Assembly (NCBI GenBank): GCA_020137815.1
Contig: CM035356.1
Location: 4,650,001-4,714,000, forward strand
Direction: 5' to 3'
Source: Hormiphora californensis
Taxonomy: Eukaryota > Animalia > Ctenophora
Length of the DNA stretch: 64,000 bases
This document shows positions 12,026 through 45,900 of the stretch, piece after piece. A model generated the notes under the pieces. It ran no database searches. It was not told the DNA's origin and was given only the letters and a program-made list of their open reading frames with translations. Made by a program: the position numbers and the translations under genes. Position 1 is the stretch's first letter; each line of letters starts with the position of its first letter.

Positions 12026-13930
12026 ATGTCGACAAATGATAAGTTGGATCCCCAGCCATTTACCGACTCACCCTTCAATAATCTACCGGACGAAGTTCTT
12101 CTGTACATACTTTGCTATCTGGACTCACCTGATCTCTTGAACTGTCGTGGTGTTTCCAGATCATGGCGGGAACTGTCAAAGGTATTGTTGCAATCACGGG
12201 AATCCAGACGTGCTTCCAGTGTCGAGCAGTGTCAAGCTCAACGAAACAAACCTCGATTTGCAGATTTCACGACGGAAAGAATGGTTGAAAGAGAACCGAG
12301 TCTTCATCAGCTACCAGACGAAGTGATTCTTCACATTTTTACCTTCCTTGAACCCCTTGAGTTGCTGACCTGTGGTAAGGTCTGCAAGCTATGGTACAAC
12401 CTGTCTAGGGATGCTCTGCGATCGGTTCATGAGATGGCTTTCCAGGCTTACCATCACCAATCTTCCCCCTTCATGTATACCGAGCGAGATTTATTACGGC
12501 GAGAGGTAACCTGTATGGAAAAGTACATTGCTCCAGCTTTGGCCACCTTTAAAAGGACCGTTCAACATGTCGAGTGCAATCTTTCTCTAACAAACTTGGC
12601 TGCCCTCAGTCAAACGCCAGGCCTCAAATCCCTGAGGTTGTTTTGTGCGACGGTTTCCATGGCTTTGGTGAATGCTGCTTCTGTCCTCCTTCCCAGTTCA
12701 CTGGAAAGTCTTGATATTCGTTGTGGAAAGATAGATGGCATTGATTGTGTTCGATTAGCACGTTTAGTTTCAAACTTGGTATCTCTTAAAAAACTTAAAA
12801 TTCAAACAGTGTTTTTTAATTCTGTTGAATGCTTAGCTAATTCTTTAAAGAATCTACCAATACAGGACATTAGTTTCGTCACCTTATCTAGAAGAGGCCC
12901 CATTCGTGTCGATGAACCAATGAATAGCGTCTTATCCAGCGTTTCGGGGACATTGGAAACCATATTTCTCTATGGACCGTTTCTTCTCGATGCAAATTCT
13001 TTGCCATACCTCCACAACTTTAAGCAACTCGAGTTGTTTGGATGTGATAATCTGACCGAGGAAACTTTAGGAGTACTACTCTCCAAGATGCCTAAACTGG
13101 TGTCTTTCCATTTTGAGGAATGTAAACAGATAACTGGGAAGTGTATCGCTAAATCTTTAAGCAGGAATGCCATTGAAACAGTTAATGTTGCAAGGAGTAT
13201 TGTCGATCTTGATTATAGACTCGATAACGACACTATAACAGATATCATTCTGACCTTTTCGGCGACCCTGGAAACTCTGGTAATCCCCTTCGATTATCTT
13301 CAAAGCAGCAGTCTGAATAATCTGCCAAACTTCCCAAAACTGACCCATTTAACATTGACAGGGAGCTATATCAGGCGAGAGCCTGACTTTTCCCCGGAGT
13401 TCTTGACTCTTCTTGGCCGAGTGCCAAATCTGCAGAAATTATCTTGTGAAAATTTCCGGTTTTCTATGAAGACATGTCTTCCAGAAATAATGCAGATGTG
13501 CCCAAAGATTCAAGATCTAGATATTTATAGAATTAATTGTTCTGGATCAGTGACGGAGTCAGAAGTTGGGTCAGATGTGTTTCGTCAGATGTCAAGTGTT
13601 AAAAACCTCAGCATATCAATAAGCGGACCAAGTACCAGTTTTCTGTCATTCTGTCAATCCTTAACAAGTCTATCACTCTACAGCTCAGATATACAGGATA
13701 GCGATCTAGCATGTATCATTTTCAATTTGAAATATCTGAGAAAGCTTGATCTATATTCTTGTAATAGGTTGACTAAAGCATTTTTTGAGCTGATCTCTTC
13801 ATTAGACCACTGTGCCCCCAAACTCTATATACACTTCCAATCTGATCCGAGGGATAAATTTATTGTAGAGCCAAAGTTTGTCCCCAAATTTGTTGTTTTG
13901 TGTGGATATTGGTTTTTTAAAGCAGAGTAG
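12026..13930 (+). CDS. F-box/LRR-repeat protein with two F-box domains, intronless
   Basis: F-box motifs NLPDEVLLYILCYLD...VSRSW and QLPDEVILHIFTFLE...VCKLW, followed by AMN1-type LRRs (LRKLDLYSCNRLT). Confidence 0.88.
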   Translation: MSTNDKLDPQPFTDSPFNNLPDEVLLYILCYLDSPDLLNCRGVSRSWRELSKVLLQSRESRRASSVEQCQAQRNKPRFADFTTERMVEREPSLHQLPDEVILHIFTFLEPLELLTCGKVCKLWYNLSRDALRSVHEMAFQAYHHQSSPFMYTERDLLRREVTCMEKYIAPALATFKRTVQHVECNLSLTNLAALSQTPGLKSLRLFCATVSMALVNAASVLLPSSLESLDIRCGKIDGIDCVRLARLVSNLVSLKKLKIQTVFFNSVECLANSLKNLPIQDISFVTLSRRGPIRVDEPMNSVLSSVSGTLETIFLYGPFLLDANSLPYLHNFKQLELFGCDNLTEETLGVLLSKMPKLVSFHFEECKQITGKCIAKSLSRNAIETVNVARSIVDLDYRLDNDTITDIILTFSATLETLVIPFDYLQSSSLNNLPNFPKLTHLTLTGSYIRREPDFSPEFLTLLGRVPNLQKLSCENFRFSMKTCLPEIMQMCPKIQDLDIYRINCSGSVTESEVGSDVFRQMSSVKNLSISISGPSTSFLSFCQSLTSLSLYSSDIQDSDLACIIFNLKYLRKLDLYSCNRLTKAFFELISSLDHCAPKLYIHFQSDPRDKFIVEPKFVPKFVVLCGYWFFKAE

Positions 13931-14267
13931 TCGACAGTATCTAACATGCTGCATTGTCCCACACGTCTAGTACAGTACAGTACTGTTTGTGGTGTAGTTT
14001 AGTAGTTGAAGGGGGACTGCAGCGTATGACAAGTCGACGGTATACCTTTTATAGCCCTTATTATATGTAATTGAAAATGTATTATCTAATCAATTTAATT
14101 TTTAACCATCTGATTTAAAACGGCTGTTTTTGAACTCGACTCAACTACGAATTCTATTATCTTTGGCCTTTATGGTTTCCACCATGAGTCATGACCAAAG
14201 TACATCCCTTTTGTGCTTTAGAACTATTGTCATCAATAATTAAATCTCATTTTCCCCTTAGATCATC

Positions 14268-25720
<11,453 letters not shown>

Positions 25721-26553
25721 ACCAGCTCCGCAGTCCGCTATAATATAGATAACCCTGGTTAGTAGAGGGATGAAATCTGATATACCAGCCTAACAGGGTG
25801 GTATATCAATACGATATCCACGAGGAACGGAGTGACGAGGGGAATATCGTGTGATAATCCCCGTAGGGGATTATCAAATTTCATCACTTAACTAGCCGTG
25901 GTTATTTCTTATAAAACGACCCCGGACAACGACACCGGACAGCTGCGCCAGTATGAACGATAGAGAGGGAGGACCCGTGAACAATGTTTGATTAATTAAT
26001 TACTCTGAAACTGATACCAAGCTGATTACTCAAGACGATTGTAAACCGTGCCATATCAACTTTTCCCATGCCTTTTTCCAATTACCATTACGCATGACCG
26101 TTGTAAATGTGGCCAATTTTTTAAACAGTAATTTCGATTTGTATCTGTAGAACTTTTTTTTCTACTTTTATCTCACCAAGTTCTTCGTTTTAATTTTACG
26201 GTACTTGGTAAATGTTTTTTAAACAGGTTTTAGTTCTCAAAGTGAACCTAAATCTGGCGGTCGGCATCGAGGCGACTTTTGACAAACAGTACATAATGGG
26301 GTTGTGCGTCTACTTCTTAGTCGGCTTTATTAGCATTCACCGCAGCGGCAAAATTATGCATAAAGCCGTGCATTTAATCGCCGCGCCGCGCGATATGAAA
26401 ATACAATTTTATATTATTAAGAAATATTCATTTGCTCAAATTTGACTTTTTGTTCAAAAGTTCAACTTTTACACCGTTTTCGCAGTTTTCCTCGACTTTT
26501 GGCACCGTGTTTAGGCGATCAGTTACCAAAAATGGTGTAAAACAAGTAAAAGC

Positions 26554-26968
26554 ATGGTCTCGAAGCATCCTGTTACTTTGATACTAAACAGATGTCTCAG
26601 CTATGCTTCAAGAGGTGAGTTGAATAAATCCCGGTGAGGTTTTATGGGAATGCGAGTGACTCAGCTTTGGACTTTCCCTTAGAGAAATGCGAGCAAACGT
26701 TTTTCAAATGTTGCATTTTTTATAGAGTTTGTACATACTTTTATCAAATTTCTCATCAGGGAACTTTAAGGATGGTGTACGGTACGGGAAGTACGGACCT
26801 GTCGGATCGGATAAAAAGACAGAGTTTGAGATTGAGCACACTGCAAAGCATTACAATAACTGGAAATCTAATAAACTAATTATCTTTATGATATATTCGC
26901 TAATATTTCCCGGAACATTTGTTGTATTAAAACTGAGAGATGCTTTTAAAGGGGAAATTTCCATGTAA
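26554..26968 (+). CDS. Small 2-exon protein (89 aa), possible mitochondrial single-pass membrane protein
   Basis: Exons 26554-26614 and 26760-26968 join in phase 1: MVSKHPVTLILNRCLSYASRGNFKDG...NKLIIFMIYSLIFPGTFVVLKL...; basic acid-free N-terminus and one hydrophobic segment. Confidence 0.55.
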
Positions 26969-27082
26969 TGAAATGTCCACACACATGTTTTCTAAATAAT
27001 TTATTGTGTTTTTCAACTACTTGTTGTTTCATCTAGTTTTTCTCACCGATTTAACCTGCTCATAATTACTAGTAGGATCAGA

Positions 27083-28644
27083 ATGCCAGCTACAGCCTAC
27101 ACCCAGAACGTAACCCTTACAGACCCACATCTCAGCAAATCTAACTCCGGCCAACTAATAGAACGGTTACTTGGCCACTTTCTTTTCCACCGAGGTCAGA
27201 TTGAGAAGCCCCTCGAACAGTTACGTGATGAAAACAAGCCTGCAATGCGAGTTAAACTACAGTATAGCGAGAGATCAACACCGTATAAACACAAGGGGTG
27301 TGAAGGGATGTTTGCCACGCCCCTTCCAGCTACTCCCAGTGTAACTAGGGATGTAGAGGGTTTGGCGAGGTCGCTACACGGGTTTTCCATACACACAGAG
27401 GAGGGGAAGGAAGAGGATTGTGTTATGGGTAGGTTGCTTTACATTTCCATTTACAAGTTGTAAATTTCAGTCCATAAGTGTGAACTATAAGTGGTGCATG
27501 TGAATGTGATTTTAAAGGGATGGCCATTCTTAGAAGATGTATTTCTGCCCGTACCTGTTCTTTATTTACTTGAGGGTGATGCCCTACTTCCAGTTTATAT
27601 TTGTAGATCACAATTACAGTGTACAGTGTACAGTGTACATGCTAAACACATGTACTCACTAGATACGCCTCTGACAAGTAGGGGAGAGGATGCAGCCCCA
27701 GCAGCAGAATCAAAACCACGCAGAGTCCTGGGAAAACTACAAGAGGTAAGGAATCAGTTCTGTCTGAGGTACAAGAGGTAAGGAATCAGTTCTATCTGAG
27801 GTACAAGAGGACTGTCTGTAAAACAGTTCAGTTAGGAGATCTATAGAAAAACTGTTAAACTTCAATTAAACTCCTGTGTTTCATCAGGTGTCAGTTCCTA
27901 TAACACCCCAGCTGAACTATAAGAAAAAGAAAAGTCAGAGTAGCACTGAGTACCTGGTGGAGATTGTGGAACAAATCAAGGCACACATGGAGGCAGGCTG
28001 GATTATTAACAAGGTATAACACACTCGGTTTCTAATTTCTTTTGAAAGAAAGGCTACATTGTTAGAGAAATTGTAAAGCGAGTGCCGAGTGGGTGAAAGC
28101 TTCATACAAATGTTCATGTCAGGGAAGTGAGATTTTTATGATTTGGAGCCTGTTTTTGAAGACGCCTGTCTCCCTTTATCAGTTTATAAACTCCACTTGT
28201 TTTTAGGTGATTCTGCTACTCGGAACGACAGTTATGTCTCCCAAGGAATCCTATATAATCGACCTCTCCTCACTCTCCTGTACCTCTCACTCTCCTTCAC
28301 CCCCAAACCTATCTCTCTCGCTCCGCCAGATCATGCAGAAACTGTTCACTGATCCTGATCTCAACGCCCTCCCCTCCCTCGCTAACTACTCAAACTGCCA
28401 CATCCTCCTGCAAGTTGACAAGGAGAGTGTCACGGAAACATCATTCTTCCTTCCGAAGCTGAGGTTTTCCCTTCCAAACAGGGGGACTAGATACACACTG
28501 AATTTAGTGACGTCACAACATAATGACATCATAACAGAGGAAGAACAGCTCTATCTGGCAGCCCCACGGCCGTTTAGGGCAACAAGGACGATCGATTCAC
28601 CCACTGTTTCTAGGGACTTACTTGATACTATCGAGTGCTGTTGA
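27083..28644 (+). CDS. MAD2L1BP: MAD2L1-binding protein (p31comet)
   Basis: Exons ~27083-27428, 27663-27746, 27888-28012, 28207-28644. Motifs LLGHFLFHRGQIEKPLEQL, ILLLGTTVMSPKESY, FLPKLRFSLPNRG and LAAPRPFRA match the p31comet HORMA-like pattern. Confidence 0.8.
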
Positions 28645-29214
28645 GATGTAGTAAGATTTATTGGTCTGAAGGCTGTCTGGCGCTGCGAGTTGCGACCCAT
28701 CTGATCGCACTGGCAAATGGGGTATGGCGCCGCCATACAGTCTGAAGGGGTTAGATTTAGGTAACTGACTTGATAAAAACGTATCTTATCGAGTTAATAA
28801 TTTATGCTTGCTGGACACAGTATTGTACACAGTATTGTTTGCACAATGTGTACATGTTGTACATTCTGTGTACATGTGTTTACATTTAGCAGCCAATAGT
28901 TTGCTCAATTTATCTGACCGTTTCTTAAAGCGATACAAAAGTTTTGTAAAAGCTGGAAAATAATAATTTCTAGGTTTTTTAAAGTTTTTACCTTTCCATT
29001 TCTTAGACAGTTTCTGGTGCCTTTCTATAATGCAATATTCATTGAAATCACCCGCTAAAAATGTTTTAAAAATTTTGCTCCGTCTCGAATGTTGATTATT
29101 AACCCCCCTCAACCTTGCACATTTACATGATTACCTAAGAAACTAGTATAGGTTTGATATATATATTCGCAACCGAAGAACTACCCTCCCTCTGATCTAT
29201 AGGTATTATGTCTG

Positions 29215-29352
29215 ATGTTACCGACTCCTGAAACAGGTCCCCTTGATCCGTCTGTATATCCACCAGCAGAAGACACCTTCCTTCTGTTAGACGTGCTTGA
29301 AGAACACCTCCTTAATTCATCCCCCCTGATTTCCCTTGAAATCGGACCAGGT

Positions 29353-29445
<93 letters not shown>

Positions 29446-30446
29446 CTCTCTCTCTCTCCTAACTATATTTCAGGTTCAGGTGTAATCTCGACTTTGATCG
29501 CAACTGCCACCCCCACCTGTCACTGTATTGCTATTGACATCAACCCAGCTGCAGCATCTGCTACCAGAAACACCGCCAAGAAAAACGGTCAGACAGTCGA
29601 CGTTATCTGCTCTGATCTTGCCAACTCTATTTTAGGTAGGATAGAAAACAGGAACCAATCAGAACTCGTTGTTTAAGTCACGTGACTGGTTATCAGCCAA
29701 TCAGGGACCAGTATTTCCTGATTTGATAGAGAAATAAAGCTTGAAGAAGTTGTAAAGCTTGCATACGTATCTAGTTTTACATTTTACGCCCCCACACTTT
29801 ATTACTTCACCACATCCCGCACCCAATTAGTACACCAGTACCATAATTACAGCTACCAGGCCACCCCTAATTACACCCCTAATTACATGTTAACTACATC
29901 CTAAGTACATGCTATTTATCGTTACAGGTGGCAAAGTTGATTTGTTGGTTTTTAACCCACCCTACGTAGTGACTGACCCCTGTGAAGTCAGTAAGTGGGG
30001 AATAGAGGCCAGTTACGCAGGAGGTTACTTCGGAAGACAGGTAACCAGAATGTGTTAATTATTCCCATTATTTTACTTTTTCGAGATTCTTTCCTTTTTT
30101 GCATACATGTTTGTTGTAACGTAGTGCGAGACTTGGTTACGCGCGGAGGGGTAATTTCATTACCAAGTGCGAGACCCAGTTCCATAACTCATTTGCATTA
30201 TATGGTATCGAGCTGAGTAACAAAATGATGATCACCATTTTCCCTTGTCGCAGGTTATAGACGAGTTTCTACCGCGTGTTCCAGATCTACTAACCCCCGC
30301 CGGAGTTTTCTTTCTACTGGGAATCAAGCAAAACAAGCCAGAAGAAATCATCTCCATTTGTGAAGACAAACTCGGACTAACTGGAGAGATAGTAGCAGAA
30401 CGGAAAGCAGGCATAGAACGGTTGTGGGTTGCAAAGTTTTCCAAAC

Positions 30447-30457
<11 letters not shown>
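29215..30457 (+). CDS. N6AMT1: HemK2/N6AMT1 methyltransferase (204 aa, 4 exons)
   Basis: Exons 29215-29350, 29474-29635, 29928-30040, 30254-30457. Motifs MLPTP, VYPPAEDTFLLLD, LEIGPGSG, DINP, VDLLVFNPPYV, YAGG.FGRQVID and RKAGIERL. Confidence 0.93.
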
Positions 30458-40849
<10,392 letters not shown>

Positions 40850-40866
<17 letters not shown>

Positions 40867-41432
40867 TGATATGTGATCATTTCATCTTAGTGATATGTGA
40901 TCATTTCATCTTAGTGATATGTGATCATATCATCTTAGTGATATGTGATCATTTCATCTTAGTGATATGTGATCATATCATCTTAGTGATATGTGATCAT
41001 ATCATCTTAGTGATATGTGATCATATCATCTTAGTGATATGTGATCATATATCATCTTAGTGATATGTGATCATATCATCTTAGTGATATGTGATCATTT
41101 CATCTTAGTGATATGTGATCATATCATCTTAGTGATATGTGATCATATCATCTTAGTGATATGTGATCATATCATCTTAGTGATATGTGATCATATCATC
41201 TTAGTGATATGTGATCATTTCATCTTAGTGATATGTGATCATATCATCTTAGTGATATGTGATCATATCATCTTAGTGATATGTGATCATATCATCTTAG
41301 TGATATGTGATCATATCATCTTAGTGATATGTGATCCTATCATCTTAGTGTTATGTGATCATTTCATCTTAGTGATATGTGATCCTATCATCTTAGTGAT
41401 ATGTGATCATTTCATCTTAGTGATATGTGATC
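40850..41432. repeat. 24-bp minisatellite starting at the UTP25 stop codon
   Basis: About 24 copies of tgatatgtgatcat(a/t)tcatcttag. Confidence 0.95.
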
Positions 41433-41747
41433 CTGAGATGTGATCCTGTAATCCTGACATGTGGAGGATATGTGACCCTGGTTTTTTTAAACACGACCTT
41501 CTTTTACTTACTAACTTATTCAAATAACTTATTATCAAATCTATTTACAAAGATCACGTGTATTTCTTTCCAACAGTGCCCAACCCGTTCATTGATCATT
41601 CAGCTTCCAGATGATTCAATTTCCGTTTCCCGATGATCCTCAATTCCCACAAAGCCCCAGAAAATAACTCATCTTTATAATTCCTCAGTTCCCCCAATTG
41701 GCTAATTAACTAATTAATTTCTGCACTAGGCCTGATGGTAAGGCTCA

Positions 41748-42850
41748 ATGGATGACAGAGACCGGGCGTCGAAGCAATGGTTCGTTAAGTGGAGTGAACG
41801 TAAACAAAAGGTATTAGAAAAAGATCCCCCCCCCCCCACTTATTGCCTTGTTAAAATAAATCGAGTCGGAACAAAACAACTCACTTGTCACTCCCCTCGG
41901 CCCTCGCTAATCCCCCCTCGCTAATCCCCTCGCTAATCCCCCTCCCCTCTCGCTAGTCCCCTCTCGCTAGTCCCCCCTCGCTAATCCCCCTCCCCTCTCG
42001 CTAGTCCCCCCTCGCTAATCCCCCTCCCCTCTCGCTAGTCCCCCCTCGCTAATCCCCCTCCCCCCTCGCTAATCCCCCTCCCCCCTCGCTAGTCCCCCCT
42101 CGCTAATCCCCTCGCTAATCCCCCTCGGCCCCCCTCGCTAGTGCCCCTCCCATCTCGCTAACACGCCCGAAAAGAGAAGACCCCCCTCGCTAGTCCCCCT
42201 CCCCTCTCGCTAACACACCCGAAAAGAGAAGACCCCCCTCGCTAGTCCCCCTCCCCTCTCGCTAACACGCCCGAAAAGAGAAGACCCCCCTCGGTGAAAT
42301 TGTCAGAAACAAGAGCCAGCCCCCCCCCCCCCCAGAGACAGCAATTTTAGGGGCATTATCATTCTAACTGCTTTGCATTTGACAAGTGCCTTTCTCTCTG
42401 TCAGAGTAGTGGCCTGACAACATTCTCTCTCTCACCATCCCTCGCTTTGTAGAAAGTTAACACATGTCACCTCCCTCGAAGAAGTGGGCACCAATGAAAA
42501 ATAGGTCGATAAACAAGGGTCACGTGATAGTCATGTCTTCTTCTTATTTAATTCTCGTTTTGATGTGAATTACGAGATATATCGTCATTATATCTTCGTG
42601 TGGGGACCAATGTCTTTCAATCCCCATGTCGCATTGTACCGCTCATTATATATTTTCTTGAAACAAGTACTGGGCAAAGCCGATAAAACATCAAATAATG
42701 ACAAACACACGAAGATATAACACCACGTGGTATGAAGATAATATGTCTCCTAAATTAATATTCATTCCTATCACCCCTCTCCCTTATTTATCTTTTCATC
42801 CATGAATCTCTCTCTCTCACTCTCTCTCTCACTCTCTCTCTCTCTCTCTC

Positions 42851-42900
<50 letters not shown>

Positions 42901-42941
42901 TTCTCTCTCTCCCCCATCTCTCTCTCTCTATCTCTCTCTCA

Positions 42942-42998
<57 letters not shown>

Positions 42999-45900
42999 TC
43001 TCCCAGGTATTTTACGTTAATATCCAGACCCGTGCCTCATCTTGGACCCAACCCGAGGGATTTATAGCAACTAAACATGAACTGCAGAGCCTAAAAAGGA
43101 AACGTCAGCTCTCATCTCACTCATCCTCCGATCGTTGTTGTAAGAAAGTGCGGCACAGTACGGTGAGCAGAGGGAACGAGGGTGCTGCGGCTGTTGACTC
43201 TGGCAACAAGACGCCCCCGGGGGAGTTCTTCCAAACCAAAGTTAAGACACCCGAGAAGGGAATCAAGAAGAAGAGTATGAGGGAAGGCCGAAATGAAGAA
43301 ACAGGAGGACCTGAAGGTAGGGGATGCAGTGATGACAAACAAACAGACAAACTAACAGACAAACTAACAGACAAACTAACAGACAAACAGACAGACACAC
43401 TAACAGACGCACACGACGAGACAGGTTTTCAAGATCCAATTTCTCGAGTTACCGGGGTATATATTGTGACCGGTAAATCAATAATTGTGCCGTGAACTGA
43501 GAGAGATAGTTACTGTCTTGCTCAGATTTTGCCAATTTCAGATTATCTGGAACACTACAGCGAGAAACGGCAAGCGAAGTATTGGTTTAACATCAAAAAC
43601 AAACATGCACAGTGGAAAAAACCAGCATGCATACAAGGTACTTTGAGAGCGTTTTGGGGCTGGGAAATAATTAGCAAGTAATTAAAGTACATTTATACTC
43701 AAACTAGCGCACCCATTGGGTGCGCCTGAAATAAGGGCCTTTTGATAACCCACCCGGCTTCGCCGGGTGTTTCTTTTTGCCCCTTTCAACGTCAATAACA
43801 CGGTTGCCATGGCAACTGAATTGGTAACTAAGGACTGGCATGTTAAAAGTCATTCGAAAATATTAACAAACTTCGCCGGAAGTTCCAAAAGTGTGAGTAA
43901 CAGCTTTAAAGCTTTTGGCGTACAAAGTGTTTTATGAAGGAGTACTGTCGCGTAGAAACGCACTGAACGAACGACTTCGACGACGTTCATCTCCAAATTA
44001 TAATAGAGATACATAAAACTAACTGTGTGTACTTGAGGTTCGATAATTATGACTGCTGTATAGGATTGTATTTTATACTAGAGCAATTATCAACAGCCCA
44101 ACACAAGGGAGTTGATGAATGAGAGTTACCGAGAACCGTACACGTTACTGAGAGATGTGCGGCAGGTGTACTTTGAATATATAATGTCTAATCACAATCC
44201 CTCCCCAGCCAAGGAGAGCAAGGAGGCGATAGCGAATGTGAGAAGAATGAAAACCGAGCAAGATATGGCAAAAACAAAGAAAGAAGAGAAGGAGGAAGAG
44301 AAAGAAATCGAGCAAGATATGGCAAAAACAAAGAAAGGGCAAGAAGAGAAGGAGGAAGAGAACGAAATCGAGGAAGATGTAGACTTGAAGTTGGATCAAA
44401 TTGACAAATTAAAGGAGGAGATTCAGGTGGAAACTGAAGAGAAGTATAAAAACAGCAAGATCGAAAAACGAAACCGAGATAATACTAAAAGGAAGGAGCT
44501 CCAACTCCCCTCTACTAAAGAGAAGAAGGAACAGAAGAAGGAACAGAAGAAGGATCAGAAAAAGGGGGAAGATAAAACAGTTCTTATCAATGGCGCTGCT
44601 GCAGCTGCAGTCGATGATTATGGAGAGAGTTGTGGGGAGGAAGAAGATGTGATAAAATCCTCCGCTCTTAACCCGGATGCTGCTGAGTTCTCTCCCTTCA
44701 AATCTATCCCCTCTCTCTCCTCCCCTCCACTAAATGTTGACGCTGCCGAGTTTGTTCCTAGACAGGATTCACCTCTCAAGGGGGCCTTCCAACCCACAAC
44801 GGTCACTATAATTAACGGTAAGTCAGTGAAGAGATTCCCGAGTACACGGGAATATAGATAGTAGCGGCCCTCAATAAACTGTAAACCTCAATGTTGTGTT
44901 TTCCCTATTTCTAGAGAGATGAGAACTCAATATTCTCAATATTGTCTTCAGCCCGATAAACCTTGTTATCGAAAATATGATATTTTGTGACCTTTTTCAG
45001 ATAAAATATATTTTTCAGATAAAATATATTTTTCAGATAAAGTATATATTTGTGACCTTGTATATTTTTCAGATAAAGTTCCAGATTTTAAAAGTCCAGT
45101 TCAACCTCGTCCAAAGAATGGTAGGATAAGAACGATATCATTACGGCGGTCTGTCAGTGACCCTACAGCACCCACCAAGGAATACGGTCCTGACAGGTAA
45201 CTAAAGTTGGGGCTGGTAACCAGTTCTAAAGTTAGGGCTGGGAATTGGTACTAAAATTAGGGCTGGTAATCGGTACTAATTTGTTTAGGCCTAATTCCCA
45301 TCAGCCAACCTAAAATACTTTCGCCTGATGAATCTCATTCGCAATTATACTAATTATAAATACACTACTTCTCGATAGAGCCCGAAGATCTGCGAAGGAG
45401 AGGTTATCATTGTCTGGCGGGGCTGACTCAATTTCAGCGGGCGAAAGTAAACCAGATGTTAGACGGAGAATTGAAGCACCACGGAAGTCAGCACATTCTC
45501 GGCTGGGACCTAAAAGTTATAAAGACTCGTCAGAAATTGAGTAGGTACCCATTACTCACACACACATGACACATGACACATGACACACACACACACCCAT
45601 CACTCTGCCATGTCGGACCCCGATTTACCGGGATCCTCGGGGAAAGGGTTTTGTCCGGTAAATCGGGGTGCCCGATATAGATCGGGGTCAAATACTGTTA
45701 ATTTCCTATTATATCAGGGGAATTTTATCTTCCCGGTAAATCAGGGTTCCGGTAACTGTATCTCATATTACCTTTCAGTCTTTCCTTCCAACTACTAAGT
45801 TCTGTGGTCAGTAACATCCTATTAAGAGAGTGTGATCATCTCTCTATCGCTTCTCCAACTCCACATCCAGGTCAGTGCCATGGGGTCAGTAGGAGAGGCA

